DNA of 62,667 bases, counting the filler, from Globobulimina sp. (lineage: Eukaryota), in NCBI GenBank assembly GCA_003354225.1. It is 33 parts of 33 records of this genome, joined end to end, with 100 filler letters (N's around TTAATTAATTAA, not from the genome) between each part and the next. Parts side by side here need not be neighbours in the genome. Positions count along the whole stretch, not along the records: positions 1 to 1,803 come from PIVH01011767.1; positions 1,904 to 3,706 come from PIVH01011768.1; positions 3,807 to 5,609 come from PIVH01011769.1; positions 5,710 to 7,512 come from PIVH01011770.1; positions 7,613 to 9,415 come from PIVH01011771.1; positions 9,516 to 11,318 come from PIVH01011772.1; 27 more parts are not named here. The stretch is one strand, 5' to 3'. Both the position numbers and the translations under genes were made by a program. Every line of letters starts with the position of its first letter. Within the stretch, counting starts at the first letter, position 1. Below are positions 1 through 11,418 of this stretch, piece after piece. Below the pieces are notes generated by a model, which was given only the letters and a program-made list of their open reading frames with translations, did no database searches and was not told where the DNA came from.

Positions 1-1
1 T

Positions 2-1726
2 GCTTTATCACAAAACAAACGACCAAATATCATATTTATGTTAACAGACCAACAAAGACAAGATTCAATTGGAGCATATCCAGGGTCTGGCGCCATCACA
101 CCAAATATTGATAGTATCGCTGCGGATGGCATATTATTCACAAATTCATGGACATCGACGCCTTCGTGTACGCCCGCAAGGTCTGCTATTTTAACAGGAC
201 GATCTCCGTGGGGACACGGTATAAAATATATAATTATAATATATACTATTTTAATATATACATTCACTCTGTTTTTCATCATTTCAAATTCAGGAATGAT
301 TGGATATGGTGCCGTTGCTCAGGTGTTTCCATTTGAACTGGTTCCTCCTTTGAACAAAGCAGGATATTTAACTGCGTGCATTGGTAAAAACCATTTTGGT
401 TTTTTAAATACATCGTATTGGAATCCAGCACTTCACGGATATTCATATTTTACTATATACGATGGCTTAGGAAATGGCTATGATTTGGATTATGAATATA
501 TGGATTATTATGATTCCAATGATGATGATTCCGGATCCAAATTAATGACTAACTGTGCTTATGATGATTATGACGAATGGTTTCAAACAGTGTTACCAGG
601 AAAGGACCCTTTGGCCACAGGCAAACCTTTAATGGATTGGAATTCGTGGAGAGGAGCTCCGTATATCTACAATGAATCGGTTCATCCCACGGCATGGGTC
701 ACCACCAAATCCATTCAATATCTACAAAATTATAGCAACAGCGGAGTGGATCAACCATTCTTTCTCAAAATCAGCTATCATCGTCCACACAGTCCGTATG
801 ACCCAACACAAAAATATATCGATTTTGTGAAGAATAACTATGATTTGGATGTCATTACAAATATATTACATGGCAATATATGGGATTCCCGCTTTTGTGA
901 TGAAAAGTTTTGTGGTGAAACTAAAAAAGATGCCTGGTGCGGTTGGATGAGAATGAATGATACAAATATTTCAAGAATTGCTTATCACGCAAATGTCAAA
1001 TTTATTGATGACGGAGTTGGTGAGATATTGAATACATTGAAAGAGCTGGAATTGTATAATAATACATATATTTTATTCACGTCAGATCACGGAGATCAAC
1101 TCGGAGACCACAATCTGTGGCGGAAAACATATCCTTATAACAGCAATGCGAAGATACCAATGATTGTAAAGTGGCCAGCAAATGATGCCGACACCACCTT
1201 CAATGTCAGAGATATTAAAATTAAACGCGGCACGATCAATAATGAGAATATTGTGGAATTAAGAGATTTATTGCCAACATTCTTCAATGTTTCGCAGATT
1301 CAAATACCGGACAACTTGGCAAAGAATTGGACCGTGGATGGATTGGATATGAATTGCATTTTGTATCAGAATTGTAATTGGAGAGAATGGTTAGATTTGG
1401 AACATTCGCAGTGTTACAATGAAACGAATCATTGGAATGCTATAACAGATGGAGTTACATATAAGTATATATTCAATGCATTCTTTGCAAACGAATCCTT
1501 GTTTGATTTGAAAAGGGATCCCAACGAAATGGATGATTTAGCTCCGATTGCTCTGACAAACAGTACGGTTAATACAACATTGACATTATGGAGACAGAGA
1601 TTAATTGATCTGTTTGAACAACAGCAAAGAGGACCGGTTTGGGTGAAAAATGGTGCATTACAACAAAGAACAAAGGGCCAAACATACAGTCCAAATTATC
1701 CGGGAAATCCTGCTCCATGTCAATAA
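2..1726 (+). CDS. Formylglycine-dependent (S1) sulfatase, 5'-partial, with one in-frame intron at 219..293
   Basis: RPNIIFMLTDQQR start, catalytic SCTPARSAILTGR (CxPxR), GKNH, RPHSPYDP, FTSDHGD, LFDLKRDPNEM. Removing the AT-rich GTATAA...TTCAG 75-nt segment restores WGHGMIGYG. Confidence 0.95.
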   Translation, partial: ALSQNKRPNIIFMLTDQQRQDSIGAYPGSGAITPNIDSIAADGILFTNSWTSTPSCTPARSAILTGRSPWGHGIKYIIIIYTILIYTFTLFFIISNSGMIGYGAVAQVFPFELVPPLNKAGYLTACIGKNHFGFLNTSYWNPALHGYSYFTIYDGLGNGYDLDYEYMDYYDSNDDDSGSKLMTNCAYDDYDEWFQTVLPGKDPLATGKPLMDWNSWRGAPYIYNESVHPTAWVTTKSIQYLQNYSNSGVDQPFFLKISYHRPHSPYDPTQKYIDFVKNNYDLDVITNILHGNIWDSRFCDEKFCGETKKDAWCGWMRMNDTNISRIAYHANVKFIDDGVGEILNTLKELELYNNTYILFTSDHGDQLGDHNLWRKTYPYNSNAKIPMIVKWPANDADTTFNVRDIKIKRGTINNENIVELRDLLPTFFNVSQIQIPDNLAKNWTVDGLDMNCILYQNCNWREWLDLEHSQCYNETNHWNAITDGVTYKYIFNAFFANESLFDLKRDPNEMDDLAPIALTNSTVNTTLTLWRQRLIDLFEQQQRGPVWVKNGALQQRTKGQTYSPNYPGNPAPCQ

Positions 1727-1803
1727 AGACAAAGATTTTAGTATTTTTTATTTTTTCTTACTTGTTTTAGTCAAAAAAACCGTAATTCAAAATGCTACGT
1801 CGA

Positions 1804-1903
1804 NNNNNNNNNNNNNNNNNNNNNNNNNNNNNNNNNNNNNNNNNNNNTTAATTAATTAANNNNNNNNNNNNNNNNNNNNNNNNNNNNNNNNNNNNNNNNN
1901 NNN
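1804..1903. other. Artificial contig spacer N44-TTAATTAATTAA-N44 (first of 32 identical spacers)
   Basis: Identical 100-nt block recurs about every 1.9 kb; 12-mer gives stops in all six frames; intervening contigs are 1803, 1802, 1801 then 1800 bp, i.e. size-sorted. Confidence 0.99.
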
Positions 1904-2132
1904 AACATCCTGGCGCGGTCAACTTTGTTTGATGTACTTTTGTAGTTATGATTTATGTTTCAGGTCTTGTATTTTGTTCATCAGGTCAGCCGCATGCTGG
2001 AAGTTAATGCTTGTGTATATATTACATGCATTTTTGTCATGTACCTATCTTACTTTGGCCAGGCTGCCACAATCATGTTTATATTTCGTATTCCTGTTTT
2101 AGAAGGTTAAATTAATTTAGAATTAATTTAAT

Positions 2133-2993
2133 GTGATCACATTTAATCGATGGAAAATCTGGGCTCATTCTCATTCTGTTTGTATTTTACCTGCTTCGCC
2201 AGCTCATTTGGCTTTATTTTTATCAGAAATCGCTGATTCTGTTTCGGCAGTCTCTGTGGATCTGGCTAGAGCTTCCCTTGCATGGTTTCACCGCATCTTA
2301 GGTTTGTCCGAAAATCCAGCTGGACATTCTATTGTACTTGCTGTTGCTGAATCCAGCCGACGTACCTCTACAGCATCCAGTTCACGCCGACCACCTATTC
2401 CTTATTCAGTTGTTGTTAAATTGTGTAAAGCCCATGTTTATGGGGGAGCATCAGTAGCATCACTGCGGTTCGCTGCCATGACTGTTTTAGCTTTCTTTGG
2501 TTTTTTAAGAATTAATGAAATCTTAGCTTTGGAGCTGCGTCATGTCACTCTTTCTCATAACTCGTTGTCTGTTCATTTGGACCGTTCTAAAACTGATACC
2601 TACAGAGATGGTGCAGATGTCTTACTGGCACAAGGCTGTCAACCTGCGTGTCCTGTCAATATTTTTCACTCTTATTTACACTGTCTGAAACAATTGGGAT
2701 TGTATTCTCCTTCCCAGCCTTTATTTCCTAAATTAAGTCATTCATGTACTGCTTTTATGAATTATAGTTCGGCTAGAGATGCTTTACATCGTGGTCTTCA
2801 AAAATGTGGCATGGATCCTAGTTCATATACATGGCATTGTTTCCGTGCGGGTGGAGCCACTCATGCAATTACCAAAGGAGTTTCAGCACGAATGGTCATG
2901 CGTCATGGTAGATGGCGATCTTCTGAAGCGTTTGAACGTTATATTGTGCCATCGTCAAATGCCAAATTAGCTGTCACTGCACAAATGAAATGA
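2133..2993 (+). mobile_element. Tyrosine recombinase of DIRS/Ngaro/Crypton type, probably 5'-incomplete
   Basis: FFGFLRINE (catalytic Arg), RSKTD (Lys), CPV, WHCFRAGGAT (HxxR), HGRWRS...FERY (Trp, Tyr nucleophile). Confidence 0.9.
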
Positions 2994-3806
2994 GTTTAAA
3001 TAGTTTATTCAATTTCATTATAACCGATTTTTTTTGTATTACATGTAATTCTAAAACTTTTGTTTCACAAAATGTCCTTTAGTTTTCTTTTGGTCTATTA
3101 CTTCATACTTGTTCAACTTTATAATTATTTGCTGTATATCGTATTTCATGTTTTTTCGGTTTTTGTCATCGAATGTCATACTTGAGCGCTTTGTTTTTAT
3201 TGCATGTTTTTGTGGTTTTTGTCCTCGAATGTGCGATTTGTTCATTGAATATCGCTTTGTATTTTAATGCGTCTCCTTTTAGGTTCATCGATTATGGTAG
3301 GCTAAGTGTAAAATATGATATGTTATGTTCTGTACATAAGCATTTATTTTGCTATGTTATTGTGTTTTGTTCCGTGTTCTTGTTTTGTTTTTGGTTTTTA
3401 TGTTGTTAGTATGTTAAACTTTTGGCAAGCAAACGTCCTAGCTCTTATCAGAGATGAACTAGTCATTAATGACCGTCACTATCAACAGTGAGGGCGGCGT
3501 GAGCAGTCTTTTCCCCAATTTTCGCATCCAATAATAATAATTAATATTTTTCCCTTTTCGCCTCATTTTCGTTTCATTTTTTCACATTTTCGCACCATTT
3601 TCGCATTCATATAATATTCAATTTAATTTTCACCGCAGGGGTTTTTCTTGACTGACTCAAAGGCGTGCTCTGCTTTCTTTATGTCCTGTTTATGCTTTTC
3701 CTTTCGNNNNNNNNNNNNNNNNNNNNNNNNNNNNNNNNNNNNNNNNNNNNTTAATTAATTAANNNNNNNNNNNNNNNNNNNNNNNNNNNNNNNNNNNNNN
3801 NNNNNN

Positions 3807-4217
3807 GATTGCAATGAATTCAGACGTCGGAGAAACAGTGATCCGGGAACACCACAACCACCACAACCACGGACATCTATTGTGTTAAAAACAAGTGAGC
3901 CATTTGATAATTATAATGCGGGCATTAATAATGATGACATTGAAGAGGCATTTTGTGTGATTGAAGATAGCGATGATAAGAAAATAGAAGAAATGTCACC
4001 AGTGCCATCATTAAGCATTGATCGTACACGTAATATTCGAGTAAGTATAAAGAAACAAAATTTAAATGTAAACAAAAATAAAAATAAACGAAAACGGAGT
4101 AAAAAAAAGAAAGGTGTTCGAGATAAGAAAAAGGTTAAAAATAAAAAAAATAAGCAAATAAGAGGTAAATCTACGCGAGCTGCTTCTAATTTAACTGCAT
4201 CGTTTTTTGTGATGTGA
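3807..4217 (+). CDS. 3' end of hypothetical protein with Lys-rich tail
   Basis: Open frame near contig start ending at TGA 4217, followed by T-rich 3' UTR-like sequence; no domain recognised. Confidence 0.5.
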   Translation, partial: DCNEFRRRRNSDPGTPQPPQPRTSIVLKTSEPFDNYNAGINNDDIEEAFCVIEDSDDKKIEEMSPVPSLSIDRTRNIRVSIKKQNLNVNKNKNKRKRSKKKKGVRDKKKVKNKKNKQIRGKSTRAASNLTASFFVM

Positions 4218-4575
4218 GTTTTTTTTGAATGTTATTGTTATATTGTTTTTTGAATGTGTTTGTCTGCATGTTTGGTGACCAACGTGTACATAATTTGTTG
4301 TATTTTTTTTATTTATTTGTTTTGTGTGTTGTTGTTTGGATGAATATATATTTATATATTATTTAGCTCCACAATTCTTTCTTTTAATGCAAGAATTGTT
4401 TCAGAGCCTCGAAAAAAACTCCTATCGCAGTTCAACTTTGAAGCTTTTGTAACGCAGATATCAACAAAAGAAGGTCATGACTCATGATCATATATTGAAT
4501 AAAACATATCGATAAACATTCATAAAAAATAATATTTATCAAGTAGTTACATGTACAAATGTACAAAATATTCCT

Positions 4576-5609
4576 TCAAAATCCGGATCCATCGGTGCCA
4601 TTTTCCTCATCTTCTTCCATTTTAATTCTTTTTTTTGATTTTGGTCGTTTTGGTTTTTTCTTTTTTCTCTTACTTTTTGAGCGTTTAATTTTTGGTTTTA
4701 CAACAGAATCGATATCAATATCAATGTCAACATCAACATCAACATCAATGTCATCATCGTCCATAACATCTGCTTTCTCTCTGTGTGCTTTCCTTGATTT
4801 TGATCTTTTAAGTTTTGGTTTCTGTTTTTTTTTACTCCGCGATCGTTTATCCTCATTATCATTGTCATCCTCATATTCAATATCCTCATCATCCAAATAT
4901 TCATCCTCATACTCATCAGTATCAAATTTAATTTTTTTCTTTGCTTTGGAGCGTTTTGGTTTGTTTTTGATTTTAATCACTTTGTCGTTTCGCTTTTTAA
5001 TGTGTGTGGCTTTAATATTTGGCTGTTCATCAATTCCATCCTCATACTCATCTTCATGCACATTGCACACATTATGTCTCTTGGATTTCCTCCTTTTTTT
5101 GTGTTTCTTCTTTGATTTCTTTCTTTTATATTTATGTCTGGCTTTTTCTTCATTGTCACTCACACTTTTTTCATGATCACTGTTCGACATTGAATGTTTT
5201 TTCCTTTTTGATTTCTTCTTTTTATATCTCGGTTTTTCTCCGCTATCACTCACACTTTGCTCGCTCCCATCGTCCGAAACTGAATCAGAATTGGAATGAT
5301 TTCTCTTTTTCTTGCTCTTTTTCTTAGGTTTTCTTCTTTTTTTGCCCCGACTTCTTTCATTATTGTCCTCGTGCTCTTCCTTTCCTTTTCTGTGTGTTTA
5401 TGCATGTTTGCATACAATAAATCCGCTATAAATGCATATTGTTTTTGTATATATGTACCTCAATAATGCGTTTTCTTTATTTTTCAGTTTCTGTTCAATT
5501 CTGTCTCTCATTTCCTCGATCTCTTCCTTCTTATCATCATATCCACCATTTACCTCTTTATGTTTTGATTTTTGCCGTTTTAGCTGTCTCTCTTTTCTCC
5601 TTTCTTCCC
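4576..5609 (-). CDS. Lys/Asp-rich low-complexity protein, 3' part, probable intron near 5390-5458
   Basis: 225-aa highly charged ORF; purine-rich coding-like sequence continues upstream across an AT-rich GT...AG segment. Confidence 0.6.
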
Positions 5610-5710
5610 NNNNNNNNNNNNNNNNNNNNNNNNNNNNNNNNNNNNNNNNNNNNTTAATTAATTAANNNNNNNNNNNNNNNNNNNNNNNNNNNNNNNNNNN
5701 NNNNNNNNNG

Positions 5711-6925
5711 CAAAAATATAATTTACAAGAGATTGGATATATTGTATTAGATTTAAAAAATGCAATATCAAATGTCACAAAAATTACAAATTTTAACAAT
5801 CCGCGGATTCAATCAACATACCTTCGAATTAGAAATGTAAAAATTGCAAAAAATAATGGTATTCATCCAAAGGTAAAAGTTGCATTTTGGTGCGCTTTGC
5901 AAGCAAAATGGAATGATATTAAACCAGAACCTGAACCTGAACCTCAACGAGAAGCAGAACCACAACAACCACTACAAACGCAACCATCTCAATCTCAACC
6001 ACCACAAAACACCGATATCGATCGGCAACGCAATGCCTTCGATACGTATACCAATGATACAGTGAATTCGAATGAGTCTGATAATAATGATAGTATTATA
6101 AATAAAAAATGGTTTTGTGTGATTCATAAAATGGAATTATTTATAGATATTTCAAATATTCGATTATTGATCGTATCAATGAATGAAAGATTTGTGTTAC
6201 ACGAAGATAATTTGATAAATAATGAATTTTGTAATAATTATCCAAATTTTTCGTGGTATTTACAATCATCAACGTCAACGTCAACGTCAATGGATAAATC
6301 TGTTCCAACTGAATGGAGCACGCTTGCTTCATATTCAACAAATATACTTCAATTTATTTCAAATAATCACTCGAAACAATTTATTTTAAAATTATTTGGT
6401 GCCCATAATAAATGCATTGCAAATGCCACAATATCTATCTCTTGGCAGTCATATTCGTGTTCGAATGCATATGATTCGAATGATTCCATTGCAAATCAAA
6501 CAATAACCCAACAAATATCTGAAAAATCATCTGAAATATCGGAAATGTATGGCTCTGAAATATCTGAATTTAATACATTAATATTTGAGAATGATGATAA
6601 TTTGCTGTCAGTGTCACATAATGAAGATAAAGAAGATAATTATAAGTATAGAATTGGAATTGATATTCGATCCATTCGTGATTTATCCGCCTCATATAAT
6701 ATTTGTTGTAAATATAAATATATTTTATTTGATAACAATCGCTTATTTCAAAGTAAACCACCAATTTTAATCAATAAATGCCAAGAAAAGTCAATAAATG
6801 ATGGTTTTTGTGCATATGAAATAATGTTAAAATCAAAAGAATTATGTACAAATTTGTATGAATATCCGTTAATTATACAATGTTTGGATATAACGAATAA
6901 TACAAATGTGGAAATTGGATATTGA
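5711..6925 (+). CDS. CEP120: CEP120-like centrosomal tandem C2-domain protein, partial, cut at a chimeric junction
   Basis: Frame is open from 5711: QEIGYIVLDLKNA resembles CEP120 C2A; YRIGIDIRSIRDL...CCKYKY...SKPPILINK...DGFCAYEI...LYEYPLII resembles C2C. Recognised from memory of the family. Confidence 0.7.
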   Translation, partial: QKYNLQEIGYIVLDLKNAISNVTKITNFNNPRIQSTYLRIRNVKIAKNNGIHPKVKVAFWCALQAKWNDIKPEPEPEPQREAEPQQPLQTQPSQSQPPQNTDIDRQRNAFDTYTNDTVNSNESDNNDSIINKKWFCVIHKMELFIDISNIRLLIVSMNERFVLHEDNLINNEFCNNYPNFSWYLQSSTSTSTSMDKSVPTEWSTLASYSTNILQFISNNHSKQFILKLFGAHNKCIANATISISWQSYSCSNAYDSNDSIANQTITQQISEKSSEISEMYGSEISEFNTLIFENDDNLLSVSHNEDKEDNYKYRIGIDIRSIRDLSASYNICCKYKYILFDNNRLFQSKPPILINKCQEKSINDGFCAYEIMLKSKELCTNLYEYPLIIQCLDITNNTNVEIGY

Positions 6926-7089
6926 TTCCTAAACGCCTGCTTAACCCCGGTTAACTCCGCGGGTTCAGGCTCAGGCAGGTACGACAATCCAAATGCATCA
7001 AGGAATGACTGAGACAGCAAGACCTAGAATCTCTGACCCAGTTCCACTGCCGTGGCGTGGTCTGGCGTAAAGGGCTCGTTCTCGATCTG

Positions 7090-7310
7090 GGCCTCTAGTG
7101 GCGCATGTTCTTCTTCGTCATACAGCTGCTTTCTATTTTCGAACCCGGATACTTTGCGGGCCTGTTCGATCAGTTCGGCAGCCCGGGGATTGACCCACTT
7201 GACATAGCGTTTTTTGGTGCCGTAGCTTCCCAGGGTGCCGTCCGGATCCAGTTTGCCGGTATGGCCGATAACGGTCAGATCGTATTTGCCGCCGCGATAC
7301 ACATCGCTGA
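7090..7310 (-). other. Bacterial fragment: family-5 (oligopeptide/dipeptide) ABC transporter substrate-binding protein, C-terminal piece
   Basis: GC-rich; ISDVYRGGKYDLTVIGHTGKLDPD...RYVKWVNPRAAELIEQARKVSGFENRKQLY fits the SBP_bac_5 C-terminal pattern. Confidence 0.7.
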
Positions 7311-7470
7311 TCCTCTGCCAGACTTATCTTGTTGTCGCCGTTTACGTCCGCCTCGTAATATATGGGTCCCGCTTGGGGTACTCCGGACAGCACCTGCAGA
7401 ACCAGGATAGCATCGGAAAGGTCAACCACCCGATCTCTGTTAAGATCGCCATTCTCATAAGCTGCTATCC
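7311..7470 (-). other. Bacterial fragment: dockerin-like (double EF-hand) module
   Basis: GDLNRDRVVDLSDAILVLQVLSG...ADVNGDNKISLAE contains two GDxNxD-type Ca-binding loops; GC-rich. Confidence 0.75.
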
Positions 7471-7612
7471 GGGTCATTTCCACCTGCCCCTGGGCGGAAA
7501 TATTCCAGGCCTNNNNNNNNNNNNNNNNNNNNNNNNNNNNNNNNNNNNNNNNNNNNTTAATTAATTAANNNNNNNNNNNNNNNNNNNNNNNNNNNNNNNN
7601 NNNNNNNNNNNN

Positions 7613-7673
7613 CTCCAAAAGTTGAAGTCCGATCACCACAATGAAAAGTAGCTCAATAGTTGTGACTGCAGTG
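7613..7673 (-). mobile_element. Partial copy of CACTG-ended MITE (same family as 20520..20627)
   Basis: Reverse complement matches 20520..20580 at 56 of 61 positions; truncated by contig start. Confidence 0.85.
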
Positions 7674-7748
7674 TTTTAAGCGATCAAATTAATTCAAATT
7701 AAATTAAAAGTGTACAAATTCAATGTCAATATGCACAGTCATTCAATA

Positions 7749-9415
7749 TCATCTCCGCCTTCTCCTAGCTCTCTTACCCTGATTTTTCAAGCCCTTTTTA
7801 TGTCGCGTTTTTATCATTTTCGACAATTTGATGCTCCTCTTACCTTTGCGGATAACCTTCATTGCATACTTTGTCATAGTAAACGGTTTTTGCCTTCGCT
7901 TCTCTTTATTCGTACTGCCGCCGCCACGCTTTACCCCATACTCGTCCCAAGACTTCTGATGTGGGCTGGTCCCCGCCTTCCTCGCTTCCCTCCTCATTTC
8001 CTTCTTCTTCGCAGCCAGAGTCGCCGTACTCTCCACCTGTCCATCAACATCAATCTCATCATCACTTTCTTGCTCCTCTCGCAAGCCCACGTCCTCTCGC
8101 TTCCTGTTCCATATTGCCATCAAATTCTTGACTCGCAACTCTTTCAAACGTTGCAAATCGTCATCAGTCAATATCCTCCGAATCAGTAAAGGTTTCTCCT
8201 TCTTCGCATCTCTCGCAACATCGTCACAAACAATATGATATTTCACCGCCTTATCGTCAGCATCCCGATAATACAAACTCTCATCATCCTCCATATCATC
8301 ATCCATATCAATATCACCATCATTGATCTCCAAGAACGCAGCTTCATTCTTGGTGACATACACCATGGTATTCAACATTTGCTCTTCCTGCTCAAATAAA
8401 GCCGCGCCGGGCAGGTCTTTCATGACTCTCTCCCCTCCAAACTGCCGCAAATCCTCCTCTTGGCTGTGGTACTTGCCTCTGTTTTTAGGCCGTAACAGGT
8501 CTGGGTTTTCAATCCGATATAAATGTATCAGTGCCCTCGCCGACATTTGCACGCCGCTATCTTTCCTATATTTGACATATTCCGTCAAATCGTGCAACAA
8601 ATCCCGCTCCATGGCATGCGGCTGGCGTCTGCAGATTAAGCGGATGGCATTGATACCCACAGCAACGGCCTCCTTACACGAGAATTGGTTGATAAATTCG
8701 TTCGCGATGTGCCGTATTAACGGCTTGACAATCTCCGGAGGCACCAATCTGTGGATGGACTGTGCGGTGAACGCGATGATATTTGTCACATTCTTCTGTG
8801 ACACTTTCAAGTATCTCACAATAAACGAATAGAATGGAAATAACACCAATTGATGCGTCGACATGCAACGCGAGATCAGATTGAGAATTAACAACCTGAT
8901 GTCCCATAAGAATTTATTTCTACTCAATCGTTTGAAGAGTTTCTCCACAAAAGTTTGAGGGTCGTACATGGAGCGAATTGCTGATAGATCAATTTTATTA
9001 TTATTCACACCGTCTAATAATTCCTCCATCTCTCGATTCTCTTTTTTTTCCTCCAATTTCGCGATTTGTAACAGCTTTTTCTGTTTGCGACGAGCGTTGT
9101 ATTTCAGGTCTCTGACCTGCGATTTTAGCCGCTTGTTTTCCATTTGTTTGAGTTCATCTTCTTTGAACTCGTTGAGCAGTGTGATTTTGTGGCCCAGCAT
9201 GAAATGCAAAGATTTGCGCACAATTTGGGAGGATTTGTGCTGTAAACATAATGATGCGATGATGTTTACTGTTTTTGAGTTTTTCCAAATACTCCGACGG
9301 TATAATTCGACGATGATTGACAGTGATTTTTTCACTGTGATTTCGCTTTCGTCCTTTAACATATTGAATAGGTAATTTTGTAACGATCTGTTGACCGACT
9401 CGTGTTTGGATTTTT
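7749..9415 (-). CDS. SDA1: SDA1 ribosome biogenesis (60S) protein, 5'-partial
   Basis: ELYRRSIWKNSKTVNIIA, DPQTFVEKLF, LFPFYSF, HRLVPPE, VGINAIRLICRRQPHAM, MSARALIHLYR...PDLL...RG, C-terminal STNKEKRRQKPFTM. Confidence 0.95.
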
Positions 9416-9580
9416 NNNNNNNNNNNNNNNNNNNNNNNNNNNNNNNNNNNNNNNNNNNNTTAATTAATTAANNNNNNNNNNNNNNNNNNNNNNNNNNNNN
9501 NNNNNNNNNNNNNNNCAAAAACTCAAAAATTAGCATGGCAGCAAATTCAAAGATAAATAACTAAAAAAAAAAGTTTTTGC

Positions 9581-11284
9581 ATGGCAGCAAATTCAAAGAA
9601 AAAACTCAAATTGCGATCGGGGTGCTATGTCCACAAATTGGTCGATGGGCAGCGCGATGCCTTGCATACAGTGTTTGAGTGCAGCGAATTATCAGAGACT
9701 AAATGTAAAATAAACAACCTATTTTCACCTAATCCAAAATCTATCAAAACTGCGATTAAAAGCCTAATCCCTCAAACACTGGTATATTATCATAAAGATT
9801 GCAAGAAACACGCCCCATTAAATACAAATTCATACCATCCCGAAAACCCACACCGAGTGTCCATACCAACCAAATTCCTCAAAGATTACGGATTATTGCA
9901 AAAATGTGTCGTGTTAAAACCGAAAGAAGTAACAACTAAACAATTATTACTGACCCATACCCAATCTCATGTAAATAAAATCGCATCGACACAACAAATG
10001 TCTCAGAATTATAGAACCCAAACGACCCAAAACTCCGACATAAAAACTAACGTTTCTATAATTTCCATCCCATCGGCAACAGTCCAAGAAAAAACCGACA
10101 ACGATGGCGATGCCGATATGTATCAAAAAGACCTAAAAACGGATCAAAATGAGAATGACAACCAGAAATACCAACAATTACTGCTAAAATACGAAAATGG
10201 TGACGATTTTGACATGGATGACAATGACAGTAAGTCCGATGTCGAAACGAGCCGTATTGGCTGGTTCAATATGGACACGTTTTACAACGAATACTCGCAC
10301 CGCGCCGCCAGACTGGCCTGCGGCGCCGCCATTGGTTTGGTGAAGAACATCCTGAACAATCGCTGTGTGAACGGCATCGCCATTGTCCGTCCGCCGGGGC
10401 ACCATTGTGAGCGCGACGCTGTTATGGGATTCTGTCTCTATAATAACGTGTCTGTGGCGGTGAATGTCATCAAACAGAGACGTCTATGCAAGAAAATCCT
10501 GATTGTGGATTGGGACTTGCATCACGGGAACGGGACGCAAAACATGTTTATGACCGACGAAGATGTGCTGTATTTCAGTGTGCATCGGCATGACAATGGA
10601 TTTTTTTACCCCTCCACTGGGAAGATAGCGGAGGACGGCCAGGGCTTCAATGTCAATGTGCCGCTGAATCGCGTCAACTGTGCGAGATATGGAGATGCGG
10701 CGTATATGGATATCTGGAAATGTGTGCTGATTCCGATTGCATTGGAATTCCAGCCGGAAATCATCATCATATCGGCCGGATTTGATGCGTGTATTCAAGA
10801 CCCCATCAACGAGGACGCGATGGCCATATCTCCGCCGTGCTATGGCGTGTTGTGTAGGATGTTAATGAATGTGTGCTCCAAAGTGGCGGTGGTTTTGGAA
10901 GGTGGCTACCAATTAAACACAATGTGCCCGGCCATTGCTTATGTGACCTGGGCGTTGTTGAGGGGCTCAATCGATGATATGTATAAGTATCAGTCACTTG
11001 AAACGTATAACCAATCGGAAATTCAATTGTATGTTGAGAACACGCTATGGTACAAATCGGTATTTTTCGAATTTGAGTTTAAACGGTTTGTATTGGACAA
11101 GCTTGACAGTGCGCAAATAAACTTTGATCTGTGTTATAAGTGTACTGAGGAATATGATGTTGAACAACAACAAGATTTGACCAAAACGGAACGTCGTCGA
11201 ATCATGAAAAATGTGCTAACTCAGCATGGCAAATATTGGACTTTTTTGCAGTCGTTGCGCGATTATTTTAAGACAAAATATTAA
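9581..11284 (+). CDS. Class II histone deacetylase (Hda1/HDAC6/10-like); true start uncertain
   Basis: HPENPHR, RPPGHH, GFCLYNNV, DWDLHHGNGTQ, SVHRHDNGFFYP, SAGFDA..DP, LEGGY (catalytic Tyr present). Confidence 0.95.
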   Translation: MAANSKKKLKLRSGCYVHKLVDGQRDALHTVFECSELSETKCKINNLFSPNPKSIKTAIKSLIPQTLVYYHKDCKKHAPLNTNSYHPENPHRVSIPTKFLKDYGLLQKCVVLKPKEVTTKQLLLTHTQSHVNKIASTQQMSQNYRTQTTQNSDIKTNVSIISIPSATVQEKTDNDGDADMYQKDLKTDQNENDNQKYQQLLLKYENGDDFDMDDNDSKSDVETSRIGWFNMDTFYNEYSHRAARLACGAAIGLVKNILNNRCVNGIAIVRPPGHHCERDAVMGFCLYNNVSVAVNVIKQRRLCKKILIVDWDLHHGNGTQNMFMTDEDVLYFSVHRHDNGFFYPSTGKIAEDGQGFNVNVPLNRVNCARYGDAAYMDIWKCVLIPIALEFQPEIIIISAGFDACIQDPINEDAMAISPPCYGVLCRMLMNVCSKVAVVLEGGYQLNTMCPAIAYVTWALLRGSIDDMYKYQSLETYNQSEIQLYVENTLWYKSVFFEFEFKRFVLDKLDSAQINFDLCYKCTEEYDVEQQQDLTKTERRRIMKNVLTQHGKYWTFLQSLRDYFKTKY

Positions 11285-11418
11285 ATTCATCAGCAATGTG
11301 AGTTCCACACAAATTCACNNNNNNNNNNNNNNNNNNNNNNNNNNNNNNNNNNNNNNNNNNNNTTAATTAATTAANNNNNNNNNNNNNNNNNNNNNNNNNN
11401 NNNNNNNNNNNNNNNNNN

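Noticed and set aside
4559-5176. Hydrophobic ORF resembling a membrane protein (also 8323-8832, 8968-9375, 19642-20211, 46349-46900)
   Set aside because: Antisense shadows of charged or conserved genes on the opposite strand.
9533-9599. 21-bp direct repeat containing the HDAC ORF ATG
   Set aside because: Short duplication at a contig edge; it only makes the start codon uncertain.
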